DNA of 64,000 bases from Nannocystis bainbridge (lineage in GTDB: Bacteria; Myxococcota_A; Polyangia; Nannocystales; Nannocystaceae). Of this stretch, positions 1 to 9,530 are shown one piece after another (positions within the stretch are counted from its first letter, which is position 1; every line of letters starts with the position of its first letter). The notes below the pieces were generated by a model. The model did no database searches, was not told the origin of the DNA, and worked only from the letters and a program-made list of their open reading frames with translations. The position numbers were made by a program, and so were the translations under genes. The stretch covers positions 4,128,001 to 4,192,000 of the forward strand of contig NZ_JAQNDL010000001.1 in assembly GCF_028368995.1 (NCBI RefSeq), written 5' to 3'.

Positions 1-2
1 TC

Positions 3-992
3 GACCCCCACCACGCGCTCGCCGAGCTGCGCCAGCGTCATCTCCCGGGCGCCCGTCGGGCCCTCGAGGGCTTCGTCGCCGGGCTCGCCGGAGATCTGCG
101 CCCGCTGCTCGCCCGCGCGCTCGAGCACCTGCGTGCCATCCTCGTCGTTCACGGCGAAGTCCGCGTCGAGCTCCCGCGCGACCTCCCGCCCCCCGACCCG
201 CAGGCCCTGCTGTCGCTCGACGGTCGCGGCGACTACCTCGACGTCCTGCCCGCTGCCTGGGACATCGCCAGCCCGGCGCTCGCCGACCTGTTCGATCGGT
301 CATGTCTCGAGGGACATCCTGACGGGGCGTCGATCGAGCAGGCGACCTCGTCCTCCGCCGTCCGCGAGATCGTCCCCGCCGACCCGCAGCGAGCCGCGGT
401 CCTGGTGCGCGAGCTCGACGATCACCTGTTCGCGCTCGGCCTGGCCCCGCTGCGGCGGATCTACCTCGCTGCGGGCGAACGCCTCGGGCTCGGCGCCGAC
501 GTCTTCCTGCTCGCCCCCGACGAGCTGGACCACGCGCTCGCCGGCCGCGACCTGCCTGATCTCGCCGCACGCCGGCACCAGCAGCAGTACTTCGTCGCGC
601 TGCGACCACCCCCGGCGCTTTACGACGGCCGGCCCGTGCCGCTCTCGCCGCGACGGCGGTGGAGCGGGATCGCCGTCGGCCCGCCGGTGCGCGGCCGCGT
701 CGCCCTTCGCAGCGACCTCGCCGACCTGCTCGCCCGCCCGCCCGAGCCCGACGCCGTCGTCGTCTTGCCGGCGCTCACCGCTCAGGCCGCGGTCGCCTTG
801 CGAGCGCTCGGCGTGCGCGCCGTCTGCTGCGAGTACGGCGGCGCGCTCAGCCACGCCGCCTTGATGGCCCGCGAGCTCGGCCTGTCGGCGCTGATCGGCT
901 GCGCCGGCTGCAGCGAGCTCGCCGATGGCAGCACCGTCGAGCTCGACACCCGCGCCGGTCGCCTCCGCCTTGCCCCCAAGGACATGTCCTGA
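3..992 (+). CDS. PEP-utilising enzyme mobile (phospho-His swivel) domain protein, 5'-truncated by the window edge
   Basis: The frame of ORF 405..992 stays open back to base 3. The C-terminus has VCCEYGGALSHAALMARELG..VELD..G, the PEP-utilisers mobile-domain signature. Confidence 0.75.
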   Translation, partial: DPHHALAELRQRHLPGARRALEGFVAGLAGDLRPLLARALEHLRAILVVHGEVRVELPRDLPPPDPQALLSLDGRGDYLDVLPAAWDIASPALADLFDRSCLEGHPDGASIEQATSSSAVREIVPADPQRAAVLVRELDDHLFALGLAPLRRIYLAAGERLGLGADVFLLAPDELDHALAGRDLPDLAARRHQQQYFVALRPPPALYDGRPVPLSPRRRWSGIAVGPPVRGRVALRSDLADLLARPPEPDAVVVLPALTAQAAVALRALGVRAVCCEYGGALSHAALMARELGLSALIGCAGCSELADGSTVELDTRAGRLRLAPKDMS

Positions 993-998
993 AGGACA
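971..998. repeat. Two head-to-tail 14-bp palindromic units over the stop codon of the first CDS
   Basis: tgcccccaaggaca|tgtcctgaaggaca. Confidence 0.75.
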
Positions 999-1036
999 GA
1001 TCGTTTTCGATCGCCCGGGCCGCGGCGCGGCCTACG

Positions 1037-1462
1037 CTAGATCTCGTCTTCCGAGAGGTGCTCTTCGCGGAGCTTCGGCGCCGGCCGCGGCTTCGCGGCG
1101 GCGGGCGACGCGGCGACCGGCTTGGGCGCGGCGGCCTTGCGCTCCGGCACCTCTATGTCGTCCGGGTCCTCGATCAGCGGCGCCGTCGAGAGGTTGACGC
1201 GGGCGCGCAGCTCCTTGCCGACCTTGAAGAATGGCAGGCGCTTCGGCTTCACGTGCACGGACCCGCCGGTGCGCGGGTTTCGGCCCTCGTAGGACTTGTA
1301 CTGCCGCACCGTGAAGCTGCCGAAGCCGCGGATCTCGATGCCCTCGCCGCGGACCATCGCTTCCGTCATGGCCCCGAAGATCGTCCCGACGACCAACTCG
1401 GCCTTGCCCTTGGTCAGCTTCGCAGCTTCGGACACGCGCTCGATGAGTTCGGATTTGGTCAC
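1037..1462 (-). CDS. ihfB: Integration host factor beta / HU-family DNA-binding protein with an Ala/Pro/Lys-rich and acidic C-terminal extension
   Basis: GTG start giving (M)TKSELIERVS...IEIRGFGSF...GRNPRTG..V..KRLPFFKVGKELRARVN, a classic IHF/HU signature. Confidence 0.85.
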   Translation of the reverse strand: MTKSELIERVSEAAKLTKGKAELVVGTIFGAMTEAMVRGEGIEIRGFGSFTVRQYKSYEGRNPRTGGSVHVKPKRLPFFKVGKELRARVNLSTAPLIEDPDDIEVPERKAAAPKPVAASPAAAKPRPAPKLREEHLSEDEI

Positions 1463-1547
1463 GTCGCTGATCTCCGACCGCCGGGGACGATGATGGTAGG
1501 CGGAAAAAACGAGAGATCTCAAGCAGTAAGACGGACCCCTGAGACCG

Positions 1548-2156
1548 CTAGGGCACTGGCGGTGGATCGCCTGTTCGGGCGTCCCACGGACCCTCACGTC
1601 CGAACAACTCCAGGTTGAGCGCCGACAGCCCGAGACTCGCCTGTGCGGCCAGCCACGCGTACGCCATGCGCACCCGGGCCTGCGGACCGCCGACCCGGAC
1701 CAATAGCGCGAGATCCGCGGGCCAGCGATCTGCCGCCGGCGTGCCCTTGACGAACGCCAGCAGCCCTGCTGGCCCGTCCTTGCCCGCCGTCGCCCGGCGC
1801 CACGCCAGCAGGTCGCCCAGCAGCGGATGCAGGTCGGCCCACAGCGCCACCGGAGCCGCCCCGGCCTCGCGCCAGCGCGCGCGCGGCTGTTCCTCCGCCG
1901 CCGCGCCCGCGGCCGCTTGCTCCTTGCGCAGCTGACAGCGAGCCGGGCCGGCCAGCTGCGACTCGCGGAGCGACCCGGGCCACCGCTCGGCTGCCGCACG
2001 GATGGCCGCGGCCTGGGCCGGTCCGCCGGGCAGCGCCTCGAGGGCGGCCAGGGCCGCGTACTTGGCGGCCATCGCCGCACACGTCGCCCGGTCGAGGGGC
2101 CGGTCCCAGTAGCGGGCCCGCCAGCACGAGAGCGCGCCCGTCGACGGATCGGTCAC
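1548..2156 (-). CDS. Hypothetical protein
   Basis: 202-aa ORF with ordinary globular composition (Trp/Tyr/Leu) that fills the gap between ihfB and the sigma gene. Confidence 0.6.
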   Translation of the reverse strand: MTDPSTGALSCWRARYWDRPLDRATCAAMAAKYAALAALEALPGGPAQAAAIRAAAERWPGSLRESQLAGPARCQLRKEQAAAGAAAEEQPRARWREAGAAPVALWADLHPLLGDLLAWRRATAGKDGPAGLLAFVKGTPAADRWPADLALLVRVGGPQARVRMAYAWLAAQASLGLSALNLELFGREGPWDARTGDPPPVP

Positions 2157-2225
2157 ACCACCAGTGTAACCCTGCTATGGTGAGGCCGAGCGCCCGGAAA
2201 TTTCCGCGGAAAGGTTGTCGGATCG

Positions 2226-2873
2226 GTGACACGCAACGCCCGCCCCATGGATCAGGCCCTGCCGATCACCGATCTGTTCGCCACCGACGCGACCACCGAA
2301 GCCGCCGCTCCGAACGACGAGCGCGCCGCCGGCTACCTCACCACCGAGGAGCAGCTCGTCCTCGCGGGCGCGCGCGCCGGCAACCCGCGGGCGCTGCGAC
2401 AGTTCTACGAGGCGCATCAGTCGCAGGTCCGCGGCCACCTCTATCGCCTGCTCGGGCCCGACAGCGAGATCGACGACATCGTCCAGACCGTGTTCGCCCG
2501 GGCCTTCGCGGCGCTCGCCACCTTCAAGGGCAACTCGGCCCTCAGCACGTGGCTGTACCGGATCACCACCAACACCACGCACAACCTGCTGCGCCAGCGC
2601 TTCCGTCGCAACCGCGTCAAGTCGGCCTTCCAGTGGTGGACCGACGGGCGTGACGCCCACCTGCAGACCGGCCGCGTCGACGTGCGCGGCGAGGCCGAGC
2701 GGCTGCTGCAGCGGCTCGCGCCGGACCTGCGCGAGGTCTTCGTCTTCTATCACTACGAAGGCCTGACCCTGCAGGAGATCTCCCAGATCCTCGACAAGCC
2801 GGTCTCGACGGTCGGCGACCGGCTCACGCGCGCCCGCAAGCGCCTACACGACCTCGTCCACGGCGACGCATGA
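2226..2873 (+). CDS. ECF RNA polymerase sigma-70 factor
   Basis: Region 2 (DDIVQTVF..AF...F.G.S...TWLYRIT.N) and region 4 (LREVFV..HYEGLTLQEISQIL..PVSTV..RL.RARKRL) motifs. Confidence 0.92.
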   Translation: MTRNARPMDQALPITDLFATDATTEAAAPNDERAAGYLTTEEQLVLAGARAGNPRALRQFYEAHQSQVRGHLYRLLGPDSEIDDIVQTVFARAFAALATFKGNSALSTWLYRITTNTTHNLLRQRFRRNRVKSAFQWWTDGRDAHLQTGRVDVRGEAERLLQRLAPDLREVFVFYHYEGLTLQEISQILDKPVSTVGDRLTRARKRLHDLVHGDA

Positions 2874-4474
2874 ACCCCGCCCTCCACGACGACTCTGCTC
2901 CGCGCTACGGCTGCCTCGAGTGCCGCGAGGACGCCGAGCTCGTCGTGGGCGATCGCCTGCACGCCGAGGGTCTCGCCCGCTACCACGCCCACCTGCGCGG
3001 CTGCGAAGGCTGTCGTCGCGCCCATCAATTGCTCTCTGCCGTCTACCGCGGCCCCGACCCGGGCAGCTCGGGCCACGGCATCGTCGCCCGCGATCGCGAG
3101 TTCACCGCGATCCTCCGCAAGGTCCGCGCCGCGGCACCTGTCTCTTGGTACAGGCAGAACGTCAGCCTCGTCGGCGTCGCCGCCCTCGCCGCGGCGCTCG
3201 CCTGGGTGGTCGTCCGCCCTGAAGGCGGCCCCGCCTCGCAGGTCGCCTCCCGCGACCTCCCCGACCTGCTCGCCCGCCAGCCCACGGGTCCCGCCGCCCA
3301 GTCCGAGCCCGCGCGCGCCGCCGGCCTCGATCACCACGCCCAGGCCGACTACGGCCGCGTCGTCGCCGGCAACAGCTTCGTCGCCGAGGGCGAGCGCCCC
3401 GTCGCCACCGACACCTTCCCGGTCGGCACCCGCTTCGAGGTGTTCCCGGGCAGCAGCATGCAGATCGGCCTGGTCGGGAAGATCCTCGCCAACTTCGGCA
3501 GCGGCTCCGAGATCCACTGGACGCGCGCCGACCCTGGCCTCGTCGAGCTCGACCTGCGGCGCGGCATGATCGCCGTCCGCTACGAGCGACTGCCCGCCGA
3601 CCCGATCCTCAAGATCCGCACGCCCTCCGCGATCGTCCGCGTCGTCGGCACCGTCTTCACCGTCGAGGTCGACGACGACGGCGACACCGCCGTGGCCGTG
3701 CTGCGCGGCGAGGTCGAGGTCCTCGACCTCAAGAGCGAGGACCTGCTCGCCGAGGTCAGCGCCGGCTATCGCTTCGACGTCGCCCGCTCGACCTACGCCG
3801 ACGTCGGTCGCCCCGAGGTCGGCCTCGCCATGCCGCTGTCCGACGGCGACGGCGACGGTCAGTTCGTGTTCGCCGACGGCACCATCCCGCCCAGCTGGGT
3901 CGTGCCCGGCCTGCCCGACGTGCCCGGCCTCCGTCGCCTCGAGCACATCGTCGTCCGCACCGCCGACGCCCGCCCGCGCCTCGAGCGTCCGCACGCCGCC
4001 TCGCACAAGCGCGGCCGCGAGGCCCGCGGCGACGACGGCCAGGCCCTCATCGACAAGCTCGTGCGCGAGACCCGGGCCTCGCGCCGCGAGCAGCTCATGG
4101 CCTCGCTCGCCCACTGCCAGGGCCTCTACGAGTCGGCCGAGACCCGCTACCTCTCGGCCCGCTGCCTCACCCAATTCATGAGCGAGCACGGCGACGACGA
4201 CATCGCCGAGGGCCACCTCCTGATCGGCATCCTGCGCATGGACTTCGCCAACGACTACCCTGCCGCCAAGCAGGCGTTCGAGAAGTTCCTCGCCCGCGCC
4301 CCCGACCACGCCGACGTCGAGCTCGCGCGCTACCGGCTGTGGCTCGCCAGCACCGAGAACGGCGACATCCACGAGGCCATCGAGCACGGCCGCGATTACT
4401 TGCGGCGTCACCCCGACGGCAAGTACGCCGGCAAGATCCTCCAGCGCTTCCCTCAGCTCGTCTCCGAGCTGTAG
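2870..4474 (+). CDS. Transmembrane anti-sigma factor: N-terminal zinc-binding (HxxxCxxC) domain, TM helix, FecR domain, C-terminal TPR-like region
   Basis: HLRGCEGC ZAS motif, hydrophobic helix, FecR-like IRTPSAIVRVVGTVFTVEV...VAVLRGEVEV; ATGA overlap with the sigma gene. Confidence 0.8.
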   Translation: MNPALHDDSAPRYGCLECREDAELVVGDRLHAEGLARYHAHLRGCEGCRRAHQLLSAVYRGPDPGSSGHGIVARDREFTAILRKVRAAAPVSWYRQNVSLVGVAALAAALAWVVVRPEGGPASQVASRDLPDLLARQPTGPAAQSEPARAAGLDHHAQADYGRVVAGNSFVAEGERPVATDTFPVGTRFEVFPGSSMQIGLVGKILANFGSGSEIHWTRADPGLVELDLRRGMIAVRYERLPADPILKIRTPSAIVRVVGTVFTVEVDDDGDTAVAVLRGEVEVLDLKSEDLLAEVSAGYRFDVARSTYADVGRPEVGLAMPLSDGDGDGQFVFADGTIPPSWVVPGLPDVPGLRRLEHIVVRTADARPRLERPHAASHKRGREARGDDGQALIDKLVRETRASRREQLMASLAHCQGLYESAETRYLSARCLTQFMSEHGDDDIAEGHLLIGILRMDFANDYPAAKQAFEKFLARAPDHADVELARYRLWLASTENGDIHEAIEHGRDYLRRHPDGKYAGKILQRFPQLVSEL

Positions 4475-4654
4475 CGCCGAGGTCCGCACGCGCCTCGCGG
4501 CGCCGATGAACGTGCCAACGGCGTTCGCCGGAGGCCCGTCCGCGGCCGATCGCCGCGCCACGCCTCGACCGGCGCTCGCCACGTCGCCGTGCTACACCGC
4601 GACGTGCGGCTCCAGGGCCGCGGGACGACCTCTGCTCTCGAAAAGGAGTCAACG

Positions 4655-4894
4655 ATGCCGAAGCGCATCCGCGTAGAAAATATGACAGTGACGACCACGC
4701 CGGCGCAGGTGCTCGCCGGCTTCGACAACTTCGGATCGATCACCCGCTGCCAGCTCGAGTTCGACGACGAGGGCGCCTCGACCGGCGTCGCCCACGTCGA
4801 GTTCGCGAGCACCCAGGCCGGCGCCGCCGCGATCGCCTCGATGAACGAAAAGCCGTTCAACGGCGCGACCATCCGCGTCCGCGAAGACGCTTGA
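4655..4894 (+). CDS. RNA recognition motif (RRM) protein
   Basis: MPKRIRVENM...F..FGSI...STGVAHVEF....G.AAIASMN...FNG.TIRV resembles RNP2/RNP1; AAGGAG RBS upstream. Confidence 0.8.
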   Translation: MPKRIRVENMTVTTTPAQVLAGFDNFGSITRCQLEFDDEGASTGVAHVEFASTQAGAAAIASMNEKPFNGATIRVREDA

Positions 4895-4941
4895 ACCGGG
4901 CGACGCTTGTCGCCACGACGGGAGCTCGCTAGCCTGCCCGC

Positions 4942-5487
4942 GTGCAGCTCGTCGACCTCACGTTTGACCGACCGGACCTGCTCGAACAGGCAGCCGAGCT
5001 GCTCCACGCGCGGATGCCCGAGGGCTGGCCGGACCTCGACGCCGCGCGCGACGAGGTCGACGCGGCGCTGGACCCGGCCCGGATCGCGCGGGCCGTGGTC
5101 GCCGGCGACGAGCTCCTGGGGTGGGCCGCGGTCAACGAGCGCTACACGGATCACGTGTGGGAGATCCACCCGCTCGTGGTCCGGGTCGACCGCGAGCGCA
5201 GCGGCGTCGGTCGCATGCTCGTCCGTGACCTGGAGGATCACGTGCGCGCCATGGGCATCCATACGATGTTCGTCGGCTCCGACGACGAGCTCGGGCTGAC
5301 TTCGCTCGCCGGCGTCGACCTCTACCCCGACGTCATCGGCCACCTCGCGCGCCTCCAGGACCTGCGCGGCCACCCGCTCGGGTTCTATCGAAAACTCGGT
5401 TATTCGGTGATCGGCGTCATGCCCGACGCCAACGGCTTCGGCCAGCACGACATCTGGCTCGCCCGTCGGCTGATCCCCCCAGCCTGA
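4942..5487 (+). CDS. GNAT acetyltransferase, AAC(6')-Ia/Ii-like aminoglycoside acetyltransferase family
   Basis: WEIHPLVV...GVGR.LV..LE, GSDDE...TSL..VDLY and HP.GFYRKLGY..IGV.PDANG.G..DIW motifs. Confidence 0.75.
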   Translation: MQLVDLTFDRPDLLEQAAELLHARMPEGWPDLDAARDEVDAALDPARIARAVVAGDELLGWAAVNERYTDHVWEIHPLVVRVDRERSGVGRMLVRDLEDHVRAMGIHTMFVGSDDELGLTSLAGVDLYPDVIGHLARLQDLRGHPLGFYRKLGYSVIGVMPDANGFGQHDIWLARRLIPPA

Positions 5488-5571
5488 CATCGAAGTCATG
5501 GCGACCACGCACGTGATCTGCGATCGCGAGAATTGGTTGACGCCTTCGCAAGTCCATCTACCCTCGGTGTC

Positions 5572-7794
5572 ATGACTTTGCTTCGCGTCTCTTCCTCCTT
5601 TATCGCCCTGGCGCTCGCCATCACCGCCTGCCAGCCCGACGGTCCCGATGGTGGTGGTCCCGACGCGGCACCCGAGGTCGAGCAGCCCGCGCCCGATCCG
5701 TGGATCGCCGAGGAGTATGCGCCGGTCCAGGAGGAGGCCAAGAAGCTCAGCGTCGCCAAGTTCCTCGAGCTCTACCCGCAGCCGGCCTATATCGCCTCCG
5801 TCTCGTACGACGCGCTCAAGGCCGCCGGCCTCGATCTCATCCGCCCCTACGCCGGCCTCACCGACGCCCACGACAAGCTGCTCGCCAGCAACGGCTTCGT
5901 CGCCGTCGACAGCCCCGACACCCGGACCTTCGCCACCACCTACCTCGACATCTACGACAACGACCTGCCGGTGCTCGTCACCGCCGACAGCATGCTCTAC
6001 GCGCTGCACAAGTCGTTCGACTCGATGCTCATGTACTTCGAGCGCACCGTCCTCCGCCAGGAGATGGCGACGATGCTCGACACCAGCCACAAGGCCCTCG
6101 GCGCCCGCATCGGCAAGCTCCCGCCCGAGCTCGCCGCCGCCGCCGCCGACCTCGACGTCTACCTCACCGTCGGCCGCGCCCTGCTGTCCGGCTTCGCCGA
6201 GCCCGTCAGCGACGACAAGGTCGTGCAGGACAAGGTCGACCGGATCCTCGCCGCCGTCACCGGCCTCAAGCCGGCCGGCCTCGACCTGTTCGGCGTCAAC
6301 GTCGAGTACGACTTCTCCCAGCTCGAGCCGCGCGGCCACTACGAGGACGACACCGACCTCCAGACCTACTTCCAGGCCATGATCTGGCTCGGCCGCACCG
6401 ACCTCTCGATGGTCGTCTACGACGAGAACCAGAAGCCGCAGTTCAACCGCCGCGGCCTCGATGCCGCCTTCCTCCTGCATCACCTCCTGCAGGACAGCGG
6501 CGCCGAGGCCAACTGGAAGCGCATCGACAAGACCATCTCGCTGCTGATCGGCGAGCGCGACAGCATGAGCCCGGCCGACATGACGACCTACATGGACGCG
6601 GTCGGGGCTCACACCCCCGAGGAGCTGGTCAAGCTGTCCGACGAGGTCGTCTACAAGGCCCTCATCGACGGCGCCTACGGCCTCCAGCGCATCATGTCGC
6701 AGATCATGTACACCGACCCGAACGCGCCGCAGCTGATGCTCCCGCGCGTGTTCCACCTGATGGGTCAGCGCTTCACGATCGACTCGTACGTGTTCAACAA
6801 CGTCACCTACGACCGCGTGCAGGACCTGCGCACCGGCACCAAGGTCACGCGCATGCTGCCGAGCGAGCTCGACGTCCAGTTCGTGCTCGGCAACAACGCC
6901 GCCGCCCACCACCTCGAGCCCGAGCTCGACGAGTACGGCTACCAGGGCACGCTGCACGAGATGCGCTTCCTGGTCGACAGCCACCCGCAGGAGTTCTGGG
7001 ACGCCAACTTCTACAACGGCTGGCTGGCGGCCATCCGCGCGCTCGGCGACCACAGCGAGTTCGACAACCTGCCCGAGTCGATGCGCACCGCCGCGTGGGC
7101 CGACAAGGGCCTCAACACCCAGACCGCCTCGTGGGCCGAGCTGCGCCACGACACCCTGCTCTACGTCAAGCAGTCCTACTCCGGCGGCAACGGTTGCGAG
7201 TACATCGACGCCTACGTCGAGCCGGTGCCCGCGCTCTACAACCGCCTCGCCCACCTCGGCGACCTCGGCCTCGAGCTGACCGGCGAGCTCGCCGGCGAGG
7301 GCTTCGAGGTCGCCAACGCCCAGACGTTCTTCACGCACCTGAAGGACGTGTCGACCACGCTCGAGAGCATCGCCCAGAAGGAGATCGACGGCCAGGCGCT
7401 GACCACCGGCGAGTACGACTTCCTCCGCGGCACGATCGAGATGGAGCTCGTCGGCTGCGGCGAGGTCCAGTACGACGGCTGGTACGGCAAGCTGTTCTTC
7501 GACCAGGCGAAGATCGCCGAGTTCGAGCCGACGATCGCCGACGTGCACACCGCCCCGACCGACGCCGCCGGCGTCGAAAAGGGCTGGGTCCTGCACGCCG
7601 CCACCGGCCGCCCGATGCTCATGGTCTTCACCCTCGAGGACTGCTCCGGCACCCGCGCCTACGTCGGCCCGGTCTCGAGCTTCCACAGCGTGCTCACCGA
7701 GGGCTACGACCGCCAGACCGACTCCGACTGGGCGACCACCCTCTCGGGCGATCCGCCCGCGCGGCCGTCCTGGACCGAGAGCTTCGTCCGCTAG
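5572..7794 (+). CDS. DUF3160-family lipoprotein
   Basis: Lipobox (LAITAC) plus PRGHY...YFQAMIWLGR, SWAELRHDTLLYVKQSY and IADVHT motifs typical of DUF3160. Confidence 0.8.
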   Translation: MTLLRVSSSFIALALAITACQPDGPDGGGPDAAPEVEQPAPDPWIAEEYAPVQEEAKKLSVAKFLELYPQPAYIASVSYDALKAAGLDLIRPYAGLTDAHDKLLASNGFVAVDSPDTRTFATTYLDIYDNDLPVLVTADSMLYALHKSFDSMLMYFERTVLRQEMATMLDTSHKALGARIGKLPPELAAAAADLDVYLTVGRALLSGFAEPVSDDKVVQDKVDRILAAVTGLKPAGLDLFGVNVEYDFSQLEPRGHYEDDTDLQTYFQAMIWLGRTDLSMVVYDENQKPQFNRRGLDAAFLLHHLLQDSGAEANWKRIDKTISLLIGERDSMSPADMTTYMDAVGAHTPEELVKLSDEVVYKALIDGAYGLQRIMSQIMYTDPNAPQLMLPRVFHLMGQRFTIDSYVFNNVTYDRVQDLRTGTKVTRMLPSELDVQFVLGNNAAAHHLEPELDEYGYQGTLHEMRFLVDSHPQEFWDANFYNGWLAAIRALGDHSEFDNLPESMRTAAWADKGLNTQTASWAELRHDTLLYVKQSYSGGNGCEYIDAYVEPVPALYNRLAHLGDLGLELTGELAGEGFEVANAQTFFTHLKDVSTTLESIAQKEIDGQALTTGEYDFLRGTIEMELVGCGEVQYDGWYGKLFFDQAKIAEFEPTIADVHTAPTDAAGVEKGWVLHAATGRPMLMVFTLEDCSGTRAYVGPVSSFHSVLTEGYDRQTDSDWATTLSGDPPARPSWTESFVR

Positions 7795-7831
7795 GACGCA
7801 CCCCCGCCGTCGCTGCGGGCAAAATAACTTC

Positions 7832-7983
7832 AGGACATGCTCTCATGAGCATGTCCTGAAGCGCATGTCATTCGTCAGCCGAACTGAAGCGCCGCGGCCT
7901 TGCAAGGGTCGTCCTGAGCGCGAAGCCTCCGCCTAGTGGGCCTCGACTCGCTACATGTCCCGAATGACATGTCCTGAAGACCC
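7832..7983. repeat. Two clusters of 14-bp palindromic units between convergent genes
   Basis: tgctctcatgagca|tgtcctgaagcgca at 7838-7865 and tgtcccgaatgaca|tgtcctgaagaccc at 7956-7983. Confidence 0.75.
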
Positions 7984-8043
7984 TGCGGCCTCACGTTCGG
8001 AACGACGTCATCCTTCGCCCCGTCCCGCCGGGCGAGGCGAACG

Positions 8044-8343
8044 TCAGCCCTGCCCGTACGCGGCGACCCAGCGCAGGTGCGGCCAGGTGAAGATGCCGTT
8101 GTCGTGCCCGTCGGAGAAGCGGATCCCGAGCGCGTAGGCGCCGACCTCGTGCAGCTCGGCGATCGTCACCCCCGCGGGCGGCTCGTGGAACCGGATGCCC
8201 GGCGTGTGCCCCTGGCAGGTCGCGCACGGGCACCAGCCGCGCAGCAGTCCCGCTGCCAGCCGCGACACCGCGCCGTCCTCCCAGGTGACCTCGAGGACGG
8301 CTTCCTTCACGTGATGGGCGATGTCTACCGGGACCATCGGCAC
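8044..8343 (-). CDS. DUF971 / gamma-butyrobetaine hydroxylase N-terminal-like protein
   Basis: LRGWCPCATC...VG.YAL.I.FSDGHD.GIFTW signature. Confidence 0.88.
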   Translation of the reverse strand: MPMVPVDIAHHVKEAVLEVTWEDGAVSRLAAGLLRGWCPCATCQGHTPGIRFHEPPAGVTIAELHEVGAYALGIRFSDGHDNGIFTWPHLRWVAAYGQG

Positions 8344-8344
8344 C

Positions 8345-9346
8345 TCATGGCGGAACCACGCACAGCGGCTGGCCGTTCTCTTCTTCGCACACCGGACACA
8401 CGGACACGTAGTAGTACGTCTTGCCGGCGTCCTCGACGCACAGCTCGACCTTCACGCCGTCGCCGGTGGACTCGCCGCACTGGCTCTGCATGCCCATCGA
8501 GCACTCGCTCTTCGGCGTGTCGGCGCAGGCGCAGCTCCACGACTGCAGCGAACCGACGCAACCGGCCGCCTGCGGTTCGGCGAGGCCCGTGTCACCGCAG
8601 CTGCCCGGCGTGCAGAAGGTTTCGTTGAGCTCCCACTTGCCGTCCTGGCACTGCAGCAGCTTGCCGAGGACGCCCGGCCCGGCATCGCAGGCGAGCTCGA
8701 GGGGGATCTCGCAACCCCCACCCTCCATCGGATCGTCGCCCGCCGTCCCCATCGTCGTCTCGGTCGTGTCCGTCGTCGAAGTGGTCGTCGTCTCGTCGGT
8801 CGTGCTCGTGCTCGTCGTCTCCGTCGTGCTCGTGCTCGTCGTCTCCGTCGTGCTCGTGCTCGTCGACGAAGTGCCGGGCTCCGTGCTCGTGCCCGTCTCG
8901 CTCGTGCCCGGACCGACCGTCGTCATCCCGTCGGTCGTCGGCGTCGAGGTCGTCCCGGGCCCGCCCTCGCACTCGTCCTTGCCGAGCTGCAGCACCTCGC
9001 CGAGCGCCGGCACCGACAGGTTGTATTTGGCCTCGGCCATCTCGCCCTCGGCGATCCACGTCACCGTGATGTCGGCGGTCAGCGTGCCCGCGGGCGGCGT
9101 GAACCCGACCGTCGCGAAGTCATCGTCGAACACGGCCGGATCGGTGATCGGGAACGTCTTTGTCAGAGGTTCGCCGATCGCCCCTTCCGCGCCGTAGCTT
9201 TGGATCCGCAGCGACACGCTCGTCGGTGCGCCGCTGACCAGGTCGCACGGGAACAGCTGCAGCTCGACCTCGGTCGGCTTGGCCCCGCACGCGCCGAGCA
9301 GCCACACCGTGGCGCCGCCGACCAGCCTCAGGAGGCGAGAATGCAC
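8345..9346 (-). CDS. Lipoprotein with Thr/Ser-rich linker and Cys-rich C-terminal domain
   Basis: Lipobox LLGAC, TTETTSTS repeats and many C-terminal Cys. Confidence 0.75.
   Translation of the reverse strand: MHSRLLRLVGGATVWLLGACGAKPTEVELQLFPCDLVSGAPTSVSLRIQSYGAEGAIGEPLTKTFPITDPAVFDDDFATVGFTPPAGTLTADITVTWIAEGEMAEAKYNLSVPALGEVLQLGKDECEGGPGTTSTPTTDGMTTVGPGTSETGTSTEPGTSSTSTSTTETTSTSTTETTSTSTTDETTTTSTTDTTETTMGTAGDDPMEGGGCEIPLELACDAGPGVLGKLLQCQDGKWELNETFCTPGSCGDTGLAEPQAAGCVGSLQSWSCACADTPKSECSMGMQSQCGESTGDGVKVELCVEDAGKTYYYVSVCPVCEEENGQPLCVVPP
8799..8865. repeat. Coding tandem repeat (24-bp unit, about 3 copies) encoding the TSTSTTET linker
   Basis: gtcgtgctcgtgctcgtcgtctcc repeated. Confidence 0.75.
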
Positions 9347-9530
9347 GGCGCGGATTCTACCACAAGCGCCGACCCCGCGTGCGCACCTCTGAACATCGTA
9401 TCAGTCACGCCCTGAGCCGCCTGGCCGTTCGGACCTGTCCCAAGGGACCTGTCACTGCTGGAGCGAACACCGCTGCGGGCCGCTCGCTCGCTCCCGCGGC
9501 CGCGGCGCCTGATCTATGCTCCGCGCCCTT

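Noticed and set aside
980-989. The junction decamer GGACATGTCC matches the eukaryotic p53 half-site consensus RRRCWWGYYY
   Set aside because: It is a by-product of abutting 14-mers; isolated units lack it. No p53-like protein is expected here, so I treat it as coincidence.
4453-7686. Very long antisense and alternative-frame ORFs (e.g. 4453-7686, 10560-13457, 51739-54894, 2753-4582)
   Set aside because: These are shadow ORFs typical of high-GC DNA. They overlap well-supported genes and carry no recognisable motifs.
8761-8900. Thr/Ser-rich repeats in lipoproteins (also about 25130-25320 and 29090-29270)
   Set aside because: These are ordinary low-complexity stalks, common in myxobacterial lipoproteins, and not a separate system.
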